A DNA stretch of 44,034 nt, taken from positions 1 through 44,034 of the forward strand of contig CAMBTV010000001.1 of assembly GCA_945870835.1 (NCBI GenBank), written 5' to 3'. Below, in pieces: positions 1-9,166 of this stretch (within the stretch, counting starts at the first letter, position 1; every line of letters begins with the position of its first letter). The notes under the pieces are model-generated. The model had not been told where the DNA came from, made no database searches, and saw nothing but the letters and a program-made list of their open reading frames with translations. The DNA is from Chitinophaga pinensis (GTDB lineage Bacteria > Bacteroidota > Bacteroidia > Chitinophagales > Chitinophagaceae). Both the position numbers and the translations under genes were made by a program.

Positions 1-20
1 CAGAAGATGAGGAGGAGTAG
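1..20 (+). CDS. Probable 3' end of an upstream gene (partial, ...EDEEE*)
   Basis: Bases 3-20 read GAA GAT GAG GAG GAG TAG, an acidic C-terminal run ending in a stop, followed by AT-rich intergenic sequence; too short to identify. Confidence 0.4.
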
Positions 21-90
21 GGGTTAAGCTTTTTTAGATTTAAAGGCATTCTTCCTTCTAACTTAAAGTAAATTTTGAGATAGTGTCATT

Positions 91-393
91 ATGAAAACTA
101 TCATGCCCCTTGAACTTGCTAGATTGATAAGTGAACAGGTCAGTATTCAACTGATTGATGTTAGAGAGCACTATGAACACAAAGGTTTTAATATCGGCGG
201 TTCCTTGATTCCACTAGGAGAACTTACCCAGAATATTGATCGAATTGAAAAAGAAATACCCGTAATCTTATATTGTCAAAAAGGGGTTAGAAGTCAAATT
301 GCCATTCAGCGACTGGAAGATAAATACCCTTTTGAAAATCTTTTTAATTTAATAGGTGGTGTGGACGAATGGAGAAAGCAAGTGACCTATTAA
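91..393 (+). CDS. Single-domain rhodanese-like sulfurtransferase
   Basis: LIDVRE motif and active-site loop LYCQKGVRS, C-terminal NLIGGVDEW; 100 aa. Confidence 0.9.
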   Translation: MKTIMPLELARLISEQVSIQLIDVREHYEHKGFNIGGSLIPLGELTQNIDRIEKEIPVILYCQKGVRSQIAIQRLEDKYPFENLFNLIGGVDEWRKQVTY

Positions 394-444
394 ATTTTAT
401 TATTAATTTTTAAAATTAAATCAGGAAAACAACTCACTCATTTT

Positions 445-1233
445 ATGTCTTCTACCCTTGTCTATATTATTGTCGGGTATTTATTGCTGCTGCTGGTGGC
501 TTATTTAGTTCAAGAGAGATTTATTTTTAAACCTGAAAAGCTGAATCAAAATTTCAAGTATCAGTACGAAGCTCCATTTCGAGAATTATTTTTTGATATT
601 GAACCAGGGGTAAGGATTAATGGACTTCATTTTTATGTTGAGAAGCCCTTTGGGTTGGTATTGTATTTTCACGGCAATAGTAGAAGTATTAAAGGATGGG
701 CAAAATACGCTACTGACTTTTTCAGATATAACTATGATGTAGTTTTGGTGGATTATCGTGGTTTTGGAAAAAGTACAGGCAAGCGCAGTGAAAAAGATAT
801 GTTGAGTGATATGCAATTTGTATACAATCGTCTGTCAGCAAGCTATAAAGAAAATCATTTAATCATTTATGGCAGAAGTATGGGAAGTGGCTTTGCAGCT
901 CATTTGGCAAGTGAAAATAAACCACGGTACCTAATTTTAGATGCTCCTTATTTTAGTTTTAAAAAAGTAGCAGAAAGATTTTTACCTATGCTTCCTATGA
1001 AGCACTTGCTTCGTTTTCATATGCGAACAGATAAATGGTTGCCAAAAGTAAATTGCCATACTTACCTTATTCATGGAACGAAGGATTGGTTAATACCTAT
1101 CAGTAATAGTGAAAAATTACTTGCGCTCAATCCAAGAAAAGTTACTTTAATTAGAATAGCAGGCGGCGGACACAATGATCTACCTTCTTTTCCTGAGTAC
1201 CACAATTTTCTTCGTGATATTCTGAAAATCTAA
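445..1233 (+). CDS. Alpha/beta hydrolase (ABHD12/13, BEM46-like) with N-terminal membrane anchor
   Basis: YFHGN oxyanion motif, DYRGFG, nucleophile GRSMG, HGTKD, GGGHND; hydrophobic N-terminus. Confidence 0.9.
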   Translation: MSSTLVYIIVGYLLLLLVAYLVQERFIFKPEKLNQNFKYQYEAPFRELFFDIEPGVRINGLHFYVEKPFGLVLYFHGNSRSIKGWAKYATDFFRYNYDVVLVDYRGFGKSTGKRSEKDMLSDMQFVYNRLSASYKENHLIIYGRSMGSGFAAHLASENKPRYLILDAPYFSFKKVAERFLPMLPMKHLLRFHMRTDKWLPKVNCHTYLIHGTKDWLIPISNSEKLLALNPRKVTLIRIAGGGHNDLPSFPEYHNFLRDILKI

Positions 1234-1290
1234 TTGTTCTCAACACTTACTAACTTACACTTGCAAACCGTAAAAATAAAAAAGATTTCG

Positions 1291-2097
1291 ATGAGAAAGA
1301 AAATATTTCGCTGGGCAAAAATTATTATTTTTCTTTATTGTATAGTGGGCATTGCGTTATATTATTTGCAGGATTATTTTTTATTTCGTCCTACGGCATT
1401 GCCCCGAAATTACCAATATCATTTTGATGTCCCTTTTTCTGAAGTGGAAATTCCATTCAATAAGACCGATACACTTAATATGGTAAAGTTTACACCAGTA
1501 GATTCTGTAAGAAAGGGAGTGGTGATATATTTTCATGGCAATAAAGAAAATATAAATCGGTTTGCAAAATTTTCATCCAATTTTACGCGACTTGGTTACG
1601 AAGTGTGGATGGCAGACTATCCCGGATATGGAAAATCAGTAGGTAACAGAACTGAAAAAATATTATATGAACAATCCCTCCAGATTTTCAAAATGGCTTC
1701 CAGTAAATATGCGAAAGATAGCATTGTAATTTATGGAAAATCTTTGGGCACTGGAATTGCGGCATACCTAGCTTCTAGATATGACTGCAAACAATTAATT
1801 CTAGAAACACCTTATTTCAGCATCCCAGATTTATTAGGCTATTATGCTTTTATTTATCCAATGCAAAGAATGTCGAAATATAAAATCCCTACCTACAAAT
1901 ATTTGGAATCCGTTAAAGCACCTATTGTTATTTTTCATGGAACCAACGATGGGTTAATTCCCTATAGATGTGCAAAAAAACTAAAGGAAGTTTTGAAACC
2001 AACTGACCAATTTATTACGATAGAGAAAGGTTCACACAATGATATAAATGACTTTCCTTTATATCATCAAAAACTAGACTCATTGTTAAAGCTCTGA
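1291..2097 (+). CDS. Alpha/beta hydrolase, paralogue of the upstream gene
   Basis: YFHGN, DYPGYG, GKSLG, HGTND, GSHND; ATG 1291 (MRKKIF...) preferred over the track's TTG 1234 because it directly precedes the TM helix. Confidence 0.88.
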   Translation: MRKKIFRWAKIIIFLYCIVGIALYYLQDYFLFRPTALPRNYQYHFDVPFSEVEIPFNKTDTLNMVKFTPVDSVRKGVVIYFHGNKENINRFAKFSSNFTRLGYEVWMADYPGYGKSVGNRTEKILYEQSLQIFKMASSKYAKDSIVIYGKSLGTGIAAYLASRYDCKQLILETPYFSIPDLLGYYAFIYPMQRMSKYKIPTYKYLESVKAPIVIFHGTNDGLIPYRCAKKLKEVLKPTDQFITIEKGSHNDINDFPLYHQKLDSLLKL

Positions 2098-2997
2098 CAA
2101 TAGTACTTTTGTATTGGTTATTTTTAGTTGAAAATCTCCACCAATTTTAAGCGCATAATTTTCTTTTTTATGACCAACTGGGAAGTCAAAACAAACGGGG
2201 TAATCATAATCTTGTAAAATATCTTTTATCAGTTCCTTCACATTTTTCCCAAAGGGTCTTTCAGTATCTTTTACATCTGTGAACCCACCAACTATTAATC
2301 CGGAAAGATTAGTCAGTTTTCCACTTCTTTTTAATTGGTGAAGCATTCTGTCTGTACTATAAATGAGTTCTCCTATATCTTCAATAAAAAGTATTTTATT
2401 TTTTGTATTTATATCCGACTTAGTTCCTATAAGATGGGTAATGAGGGTTAGGTTTCCCCCAATCAATTCTCCTTTTGCCTCCCCCAATTTGTTGAAAGGA
2501 TCAGCTTTGCAAGCGTATTTTGCTTTTTTTCCTACAAGGGCTTTGTGGAGAGAGTCAATAAATTCATTCTTATTTTCTCCATTGTTAAATGCAGCTGCCA
2601 TGGGGGCGTGCAAAGTAGCAATTTTAAAATTTCTATTTATATGAGCATGCAATAGGGTAATATCACTGAAGCCAATAATCCATTTAGGATTTTTTTTAAA
2701 TCGAGTAAAATCTATTTGATCAATAATTCTACTAATTCCATAACCACCTCTTCCACATAGAATCGCTTTAATGCCCTCATCATCTAGCATTGCTTGCAAT
2801 TCGTTCAAACGGGTTTCATCATTGCCAGAAAAATAGTTTTTTGATTTACTGCCCAATGTTTTACCCACCATCACTTCAAATCCCCATTGCTGAATGGTTT
2901 CAATACAGGTTTGCGCTATTTCTCTTGGCATGTAACCTGCAGGGCAAGTAATGCCAATGGTATCACCTTTTTTTAAGTAGGGAGGTGTTTTAGTCAT
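2086..2997 (-). CDS. ldcA: LD-carboxypeptidase (peptidase S66), peptidoglycan recycling
   Basis: RGGYG, catalytic GFSDIT (Ser), EDIGE (Glu), FPVGH (His); 3' end overlaps the convergent hydrolase by 12 bp. Confidence 0.9.
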   Translation of the reverse strand: MTKTPPYLKKGDTIGITCPAGYMPREIAQTCIETIQQWGFEVMVGKTLGSKSKNYFSGNDETRLNELQAMLDDEGIKAILCGRGGYGISRIIDQIDFTRFKKNPKWIIGFSDITLLHAHINRNFKIATLHAPMAAAFNNGENKNEFIDSLHKALVGKKAKYACKADPFNKLGEAKGELIGGNLTLITHLIGTKSDINTKNKILFIEDIGELIYSTDRMLHQLKRSGKLTNLSGLIVGGFTDVKDTERPFGKNVKELIKDILQDYDYPVCFDFPVGHKKENYALKIGGDFQLKITNTKVLLSEL

Positions 2998-3253
2998 TTT
3001 ATTGAATTGGTTTGAATCTTTTTGAAATCAGTTAACAATTTAAGAATTACCTGTGATTTACTACAAAATTGTTTTACTGAGAACTTTTTCAAACAGATCA
3101 TTCGAAGTTTTAGCTATAATATACCTAACCTTTTTTTGGTATATACTTTTGATGAGCCAGGTATTCTTTTGCTTTTGGTGGATGTTTTTGTAAAAATAAG
3201 ACTATAGGTATTGAATGTTTGAAAACATCCATTTTTAAGGTATTTTTTGATTG

Positions 3254-3285
3254 TTTGGCTTTTGTACTTGCTTTAGGTAAATTTG
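3254..3285 (+). promoter_or_regulatory. Bacteroidota sigma-A promoter for metG (-33 TTTG, -7 TAAATTTG)
   Basis: TTTG 3254-3257, 20-nt spacer, TAAATTTG 3278-3285; matches the TTTG-N19-21-TAnnTTTG consensus. Confidence 0.7.
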
Positions 3286-3294
3286 CATGAAAGC

Positions 3295-3350
3295 GCTGAG
3301 GGGTATTAATAACGTCAATTCCTACTCCTAGCATCCGAGGGGTATTTTTT
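3295..3350 (+). promoter_or_regulatory. Candidate attenuator (antiterminator/terminator pair) in the metG leader
   Basis: TACTCCT 3323-3329 can pair with AGGGGTA 3338-3344, followed by T6 (3345-3350), or with an upstream GAGGGGTA copy (3295-3305 : 3323-3332). Confidence 0.45.
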
Positions 3351-3419
3351 AGTATAGCTAAAAGCTGCAGCAGGATTTAACACTTGGTTTTTTGAACTAA
3401 GTACAACAACAATAAATTT

Positions 3420-5591
3420 ATGATTGATCCAAAAAGATATTTAATTACTTCTGCGCTTCCTTATGCTAATGGACCCAAGCACATTGGACATTTAGCGGGG
3501 GCGTATTTGCCAGCGGATATTTATGTGCGATACCTACGTGCCAAAAAGAAGGACGTAGTTTATGTGTGCGGAAGTGATGAACATGGTGCAGCCATTACCA
3601 TCCAGGCAATGAAAGAAAAAACTACGCCTAAGGAAATTGTAGATAAATACCACGCTATGTTGAAAAGCAATATGGCAGACCTAGGTATTTCCTTTGATAT
3701 TTATCACCGGACTTCTGAAATATTGCATCATGAAACAGCGCAAGAATTTTTCACTCTACTTAATAACCAAGGGGATCTTGAAGTTAAGGAGTCAGAACAA
3801 TTTTTTGATGCTGAGGCAAATACATTTTTGGCTGATCGTTATATTATGGGAACCTGTCCTGTTTGTAGTAGCGACAACGCATTTGGTGATCAATGTGAAA
3901 AGTGTGGCACATCGTTGAGCCCAGATGAGTTGATTCATCCAAGAAGCACATTGAGTGGAAATACCCCTATAAAAAAGGTAACTAAACATTGGTATTTGCC
4001 CTTGAATCGCCACGAAGATTTTTTACGTAAATGGATACTAGAAGATCATCAACATGATTGGAAGGCAAATGTTTTGGGTCAATGTAAGAGCTGGCTAGAT
4101 ATAGGTTTGCAGCCAAGGGCGGTGACGAGGGATTTGGATTGGGGTATCGATTTGCCAGAGGACGTTGAAGGAGGGAAGGGAAAGGTTTTGTATGTGTGGT
4201 TTGATGCGCCTATTGGATACATTAGCGCTACCAAGCAGTGGGCTATCGATAATAAAAAGGACTGGAAACCTTACTGGTATAATGATGACACCAAGTTGGT
4301 TCATTTTATAGGAAAGGACAATATTGTTTTTCATGCAATCATTTTTCCTGTGATGTTAAAATTGCATGGTAATATTTTACCTGAAAATGTCCCTAGCAAT
4401 GAATTTATGAATTTAGAAGGGGATAAGATGAGTACCAGTCGTGGTTGGAGCATTGAAATGGATGATTATATCAATGATTTTGTGAACAAAGAAAATGGAG
4501 GCGATCAGATGGTGGATGCTTTGCGGTATTATTTAACAGCAATTGCTCCTGAAACAAAAGACAGCGAGTTTACATGGAAAGGTTTTCAAGATTCAGTGAA
4601 AGGAGAATTGGTAGATGTGTTTGGAAATTTCGTGAACAGAGCCTTTGTGTTGATGCATAAATTATGCAAGGGAAAAGTACCTTCACTGCATTTGGATATT
4701 TTGGATGATGCAGATAAAACTTTGTTTGCTGAATTAACAAACACTAAGCTAAGAATAGAAAATTTATTGGAGTCCTATAAATTTAGAGATGCATTATTTG
4801 AAGTGATTGATCTAGCTAGAAAGGGAAATAAATACATGCAGGATAAAGAGCCATGGATTGTTGCGAAGCAACTAGGTGATAATGGACAGCCCACAGCTGA
4901 AGCACAAAAGTTAATTGACAATTGTTTACACCTTTGTTTACAGTTAACTGCAAATCTTGCAGTTTTTGTTAATCCTTTCTTGCCATTTGCGGCTAAAAAA
5001 ATGTGCCACATGATGAAGGTGGTTGATAAAATATTGGAATGGGAAAATGCTGGTTCTAAAAACTTATTGAGTGTAGGATATTCATTGAGAGAGCCTCAAT
5101 TGTTATTTAGGAAAATAGAAGATACTGAAGTAGCGGAGCAGGTGGAAAAATTAAAATTAAAAAGTCAACAGATTAAAATGGAAAATGAAAAAAGTCAATC
5201 AACGGGCACTGTGACCTCTTCGGAAGTTCAGACGATAGCCGCTGCCAGCACCGAAAAGGTATTTTCTGAAATAAATTTTGATGATTTTGCCAAGATTGCT
5301 TTAAAAGTGGGGACTATATTGTCAGCTGAAAAAGTAGCCAAGGCTGATAAATTATTGAAGCTAGAAGTAGATATGGGCACTGAACTGCGAACCATTGTTA
5401 GTGGTATTGCTTTACATTTTTCTCCTGAGCAAATAATTGGGCAGCAGGTAGTGGTAGTGGCTAATCTTGCACCAAGAAAAATGAAGGGAATAGAAAGCAA
5501 TGGAATGATTTTGATGGCAGAAGACAAATCGGGTAAACTGTATTTTGTGAGTCCAGCCAATATGATTGATAATGGAAGTGGGGTAAGTTAA
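3420..5591 (+). CDS. metG: Methionine--tRNA ligase with C-terminal tRNA-binding domain
   Basis: ALPYANG..HIGH, zinc knuckle CPVC/CEKC, YVWFDA, KMSTS, C-terminal Trbp111-like domain (ANLAPRKMKGIESNGM). Confidence 0.98.
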   Translation: MIDPKRYLITSALPYANGPKHIGHLAGAYLPADIYVRYLRAKKKDVVYVCGSDEHGAAITIQAMKEKTTPKEIVDKYHAMLKSNMADLGISFDIYHRTSEILHHETAQEFFTLLNNQGDLEVKESEQFFDAEANTFLADRYIMGTCPVCSSDNAFGDQCEKCGTSLSPDELIHPRSTLSGNTPIKKVTKHWYLPLNRHEDFLRKWILEDHQHDWKANVLGQCKSWLDIGLQPRAVTRDLDWGIDLPEDVEGGKGKVLYVWFDAPIGYISATKQWAIDNKKDWKPYWYNDDTKLVHFIGKDNIVFHAIIFPVMLKLHGNILPENVPSNEFMNLEGDKMSTSRGWSIEMDDYINDFVNKENGGDQMVDALRYYLTAIAPETKDSEFTWKGFQDSVKGELVDVFGNFVNRAFVLMHKLCKGKVPSLHLDILDDADKTLFAELTNTKLRIENLLESYKFRDALFEVIDLARKGNKYMQDKEPWIVAKQLGDNGQPTAEAQKLIDNCLHLCLQLTANLAVFVNPFLPFAAKKMCHMMKVVDKILEWENAGSKNLLSVGYSLREPQLLFRKIEDTEVAEQVEKLKLKSQQIKMENEKSQSTGTVTSSEVQTIAAASTEKVFSEINFDDFAKIALKVGTILSAEKVAKADKLLKLEVDMGTELRTIVSGIALHFSPEQIIGQQVVVVANLAPRKMKGIESNGMILMAEDKSGKLYFVSPANMIDNGSGVS

Positions 5592-5687
5592 AATGAAATA
5601 AAATTGAGCAGAAAGGTGGGCATTATTTTTAACATCAATAAAATGGCTCCGACAAAAAAGCTTTTTTCGCTTTTCAAATGATTTAAC

Positions 5688-5720
5688 AAAACAGGCTTAA
5701 AAGGCCTGTTTTTATTTTTT
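5688..5720 (+). terminator. Intrinsic terminator after metG
   Basis: AAAACAGGC 5688-5696 / GCCTGTTTT 5704-5712 stem followed by T-rich tract. Confidence 0.7.
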
Positions 5721-5811
5721 ATGATGCTTTTATAAAATGTCTTAATTTCGGATATTGTAAATAGTTGTTTAGCTAACTAATTTTTAAGCCCTTTGGGATA
5801 AAACATCCAAC

Positions 5812-8196
5812 ATGCAAAGAATTATTAAAAAAGTAGCCATTTTGGGAAGTGGCGTTATGGGTAGCAGAATTGCCTGTCATTTTGCAGGTATTGGAATACA
5901 AGTATTGTTATTGGACATACTGTCTGCTTCTGTTGAAGCTGAAAAGGGATCGATTTCTCAGCGAAATCAAGTGGTCAATGATGCACTGTCAGCTGCTTTA
6001 AAATCTAACCCTTCACCTGTTTTTAATAAAGATGCTGCAAAGAAAATTAAGACGGGCAACTTTACCGACAATATGAAAGACATCGCTTCCTATGATTGGA
6101 TAATAGAAGTGGTGGTGGAAAGGCTGGATATTAAACAGTCTGTTTTTACTGAGGTAGAAAAATATAGAACTCCCGGCACTTTAATTACTTCTAATACATC
6201 TGGTATACCCATCCATCTGATGACTGCAGGACGATCGGATGATTTCAAAAAACATTTTTGTGGCACTCACTTTTTTAATCCTCCTCGTTATTTAAGGTTG
6301 TTAGAAATTATACCTACTCCTGATACAGATCCTGCAGTAACTTCTTTTTTACTGAATTATGGAGATTTGTTTTTAGGAAAGACAACGGTATTGTGTAAGG
6401 ATACACCTGCATTTATAGCTAATCGCATTGGTGTTTTTGGTATGATGGCTATTATGAATGCGATGGAAAAATTGCAGTTGACAATTGATGAAATTGAAGC
6501 TTTGACAGGTCCAATTATCGGCAGACCAAAATCGGCTACTTTTAGAACAGCGGATGTGGTGGGAATAGATACCCTAGTTAAAGTTGCCAATGGTGTTTAT
6601 GAAAATTGTTTACAAGATGAGGCTAGAGAAAACTTTGTAATTCCTGGTTGGCTTAATAAAATGGTCGAAAACAAATGGCTAGGAGATAAGACGAAGCAGG
6701 GATTTTTTAAGAAAATGCCGCCAAGTGAAAGCGGGGAAAAACAAATTCATGTTTTGAATCTATCCAGTCTTGAATATGAACCAAGAAAAAAACCAAGGTT
6801 TGCAACTTTAGAAACGGCTAAGCCAATAGAAGATTTACCAACAAGACTCAAGGCGCTATTTAGCGGCACAGATAAGGCGGGAGAGTTTTATCGCATATTT
6901 CATTACAATCTATTTTCTTATATCTCTCATCGCATTCCTGAAATTACAGATGAATTATATAGGGTGGATGATGGAATGATGGCTGGATTTGGATGGGAGG
7001 TAGGCGCATTTGAAAGTTGGGATATATTAGGTGTTGCAAAAACTACTGCAGCAATGAAAGAGGGGGGGTATAAAATTGCTTCATGGGTTGAAGAAATGCT
7101 TGCAGCGGGTACTACTAGTTTTTATAAAGTAGAAAATGGGAAACGGTATTTCTACGATATTTCTTCAAAGGCTTACAAAGAAATGCCAGGCGGTTCAGCA
7201 TTTATAGTGATGAAAAATTTTGCTGGTCAAACAGTTTGGAAAAATAGTGCTTGCAGAACTTATCATCTTGGGGATGACGTTATTGGATTAGAATGGTATA
7301 CCAAAATGGGAAGTATTGGAGGAGAAGTATTGGAAGGTATTCAAAAATCAATTTCATTAGCAGAGCAAAAATATAAAGGATTAGTAGTAGCAAATGAAGG
7401 AGCCAATTTTAGTGCTGGTGCCAATGTAGGTATGATTTTCATGTTGGCAATAGAACAAGATTATGATGAAATAGATATGGCTATCAGGATGTTTCAAAAT
7501 ACAATGATGCGTGTACGTTATTCAGGCATACCGGTTGTATTGGCACCTCATGGTTTGACCCTGGGAGGTGCATGCGAAATGTCTTTGCATGCTGATAAAG
7601 TCATTGCTGCTGCTGAAACTTACACAGGTTTAGTGGAAGTAGGCATCGGTGTAATTCCAGGCGGTGGTGGTACTAAAGAATTTGTGTTGCGCGCATCTGA
7701 TGAAACTCATAACGGTGAGGTGGATACGATTACATTACAAAATCGTTTTCTCAATATTGCTACCGCTAAGGTAGCTACCTCAGCGCAGGAAGCATTTGAT
7801 ATGGGCATTTACAGAAAAGGAAAAGATATGGTAAGTATGAATCTTAGTCGACGTATTGCAGAAGGGAAAAATGCAGTCATTGATTTGTATGACCAAGGAT
7901 ATGTAATGCCAGTACAGCGCAATGATATTAAGGTATTGGGTCGGGGTGCTTTAGGTGCTATGCTTGCTGGTATCAATGGAATGAGATTGGGTAATTATGC
8001 AACTGATCATGACGTAACGGTTGCTAAAAAATTAGCTTATGTAATGTGTGGTGGAGATTTAAGTGAGGCCACTTTAGTTAGTGAACAATATTTACTAGAC
8101 CTTGAAAGAGAAGCCTTCCTTAGTCTTACTGGAGAAAAGAAAACTTTAGAAAGAATTCAAGGGGTATTGAAAACAGGTAGACCATTGAGAAATTAA
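5812..8196 (+). CDS. fadN: 3-hydroxyacyl-CoA dehydrogenase / enoyl-CoA hydratase (FadN-type)
   Basis: GSGVMG Rossmann motif, SNTSG, HFFNPPRY, C-terminal crotonase domain (TLGGACE, LVEVGIG), ends GRPLRN. Confidence 0.92.
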   Translation: MQRIIKKVAILGSGVMGSRIACHFAGIGIQVLLLDILSASVEAEKGSISQRNQVVNDALSAALKSNPSPVFNKDAAKKIKTGNFTDNMKDIASYDWIIEVVVERLDIKQSVFTEVEKYRTPGTLITSNTSGIPIHLMTAGRSDDFKKHFCGTHFFNPPRYLRLLEIIPTPDTDPAVTSFLLNYGDLFLGKTTVLCKDTPAFIANRIGVFGMMAIMNAMEKLQLTIDEIEALTGPIIGRPKSATFRTADVVGIDTLVKVANGVYENCLQDEARENFVIPGWLNKMVENKWLGDKTKQGFFKKMPPSESGEKQIHVLNLSSLEYEPRKKPRFATLETAKPIEDLPTRLKALFSGTDKAGEFYRIFHYNLFSYISHRIPEITDELYRVDDGMMAGFGWEVGAFESWDILGVAKTTAAMKEGGYKIASWVEEMLAAGTTSFYKVENGKRYFYDISSKAYKEMPGGSAFIVMKNFAGQTVWKNSACRTYHLGDDVIGLEWYTKMGSIGGEVLEGIQKSISLAEQKYKGLVVANEGANFSAGANVGMIFMLAIEQDYDEIDMAIRMFQNTMMRVRYSGIPVVLAPHGLTLGGACEMSLHADKVIAAAETYTGLVEVGIGVIPGGGGTKEFVLRASDETHNGEVDTITLQNRFLNIATAKVATSAQEAFDMGIYRKGKDMVSMNLSRRIAEGKNAVIDLYDQGYVMPVQRNDIKVLGRGALGAMLAGINGMRLGNYATDHDVTVAKKLAYVMCGGDLSEATLVSEQYLLDLEREAFLSLTGEKKTLERIQGVLKTGRPLRN

Positions 8197-8263
8197 AATA
8201 CTGTTTGCTGTAAATGCTATCTGACTTTTTATTGCATTCAAAAACCAACTATTCATTCGTATT

Positions 8264-9151
8264 ATGTCAATTCTTTCTATAGAAAATATCTACAAAAATT
8301 ACGGGTCGGTAAAAGCCTTGAAGGGGGTGAGTTTTAATGTGCCCAAAGGGTCAGTTTTTGGAATACTTGGTCCTAACGGAAGTGGCAAAACGACTATGTT
8401 AGGAATCATTATGGATATATTAAAACCAACTTCAGGTACTTATAAATTGTTGGGTGAAGTTCCTAGTGAAATACATCGAAAGCAAATAGGGACATTTTTA
8501 GAAACCCCCAATTTTTATCATTACTTATCGGCTGAGCGAAATTTACATATTTCGGCGGCAATTAAAGGTAGGGGGGTAGAAGATATTCCAAGGGTATTGG
8601 AAATGGTTAATCTTACTCAAAGAAAAAAATCTCGGTTTAGCACTTTTTCACTGGGAATGAAGCAGCGACTTGCAATTGCTTCCTGCCTTTTGGGTAACCC
8701 TTCGGTGTTGATTTTAGATGAGCCGACTAATGGATTAGATCCTGTGGGTATTGCTGAAATAAGGGCGCTGATAAAAAAATTGCAATTAGAGGGTACCACT
8801 ATCATTATGGCAAGTCATTTATTGGATGAGGTGGAAAAAGTGTGTACCCATGTGGCGATTTTGAAAAAGGGGGAACTAGTAGCTACCGGCGGTGTAAATG
8901 AAATTTTGGCCAATGAAGATATAGTAGAAATTGGAGCAGCTAATTTATCCGCGTTGCAATTGTCAGTTGAACAATTTTCTGGATATACTAGTATGAAGGT
9001 AGAAGATAACCTGATACAGCTTTTCTATCCCATCGGGACTATTAATCTGGAAGGAATTAATCGACATTTTTTTAATGAAGGCATTGTGTTGAATCATTTG
9101 CAGTTAAAAAGAAAAAGTTTGGAGTCAAAGTTTATGGAATTAACGAATTAA
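8264..9151 (+). CDS. ABC transporter ATP-binding protein (BcrA / ABC-2 exporter type)
   Basis: Walker A GPNGSGKTT, signature FSLGMKQR, Walker B LILDEP, SHLL. Confidence 0.95.
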   Translation: MSILSIENIYKNYGSVKALKGVSFNVPKGSVFGILGPNGSGKTTMLGIIMDILKPTSGTYKLLGEVPSEIHRKQIGTFLETPNFYHYLSAERNLHISAAIKGRGVEDIPRVLEMVNLTQRKKSRFSTFSLGMKQRLAIASCLLGNPSVLILDEPTNGLDPVGIAEIRALIKKLQLEGTTIIMASHLLDEVEKVCTHVAILKKGELVATGGVNEILANEDIVEIGAANLSALQLSVEQFSGYTSMKVEDNLIQLFYPIGTINLEGINRHFFNEGIVLNHLQLKRKSLESKFMELTN

Positions 9152-9166
9152 TAATAAACCGATAAT

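Noticed and set aside
3125-3334. 69-aa minus-strand ORF starting MLGVGIDVI, resembling the AcpS N-terminus
   Set aside because: Similarity ends after about 15 residues, there is no AAKEA motif, and it runs antisense across the metG promoter and leader
5654-5667. Palindrome AAAAAAGCTTTTTT after metG
   Set aside because: Low-complexity homopolymer arms are expected in AT-rich DNA
8241-8250. AAAACCAACT shared in the same sense with the candidate sRNA
   Set aside because: A/C-rich 10-mer typical of initiation regions in this window; same-sense, so it cannot base-pair
8264-9151. ABC ATPase as the missing gldA for gldFG
   Set aside because: It has its own adjacent permease and a BcrA-like FSLGMKQR signature; gldA being unlinked from gldFG is normal
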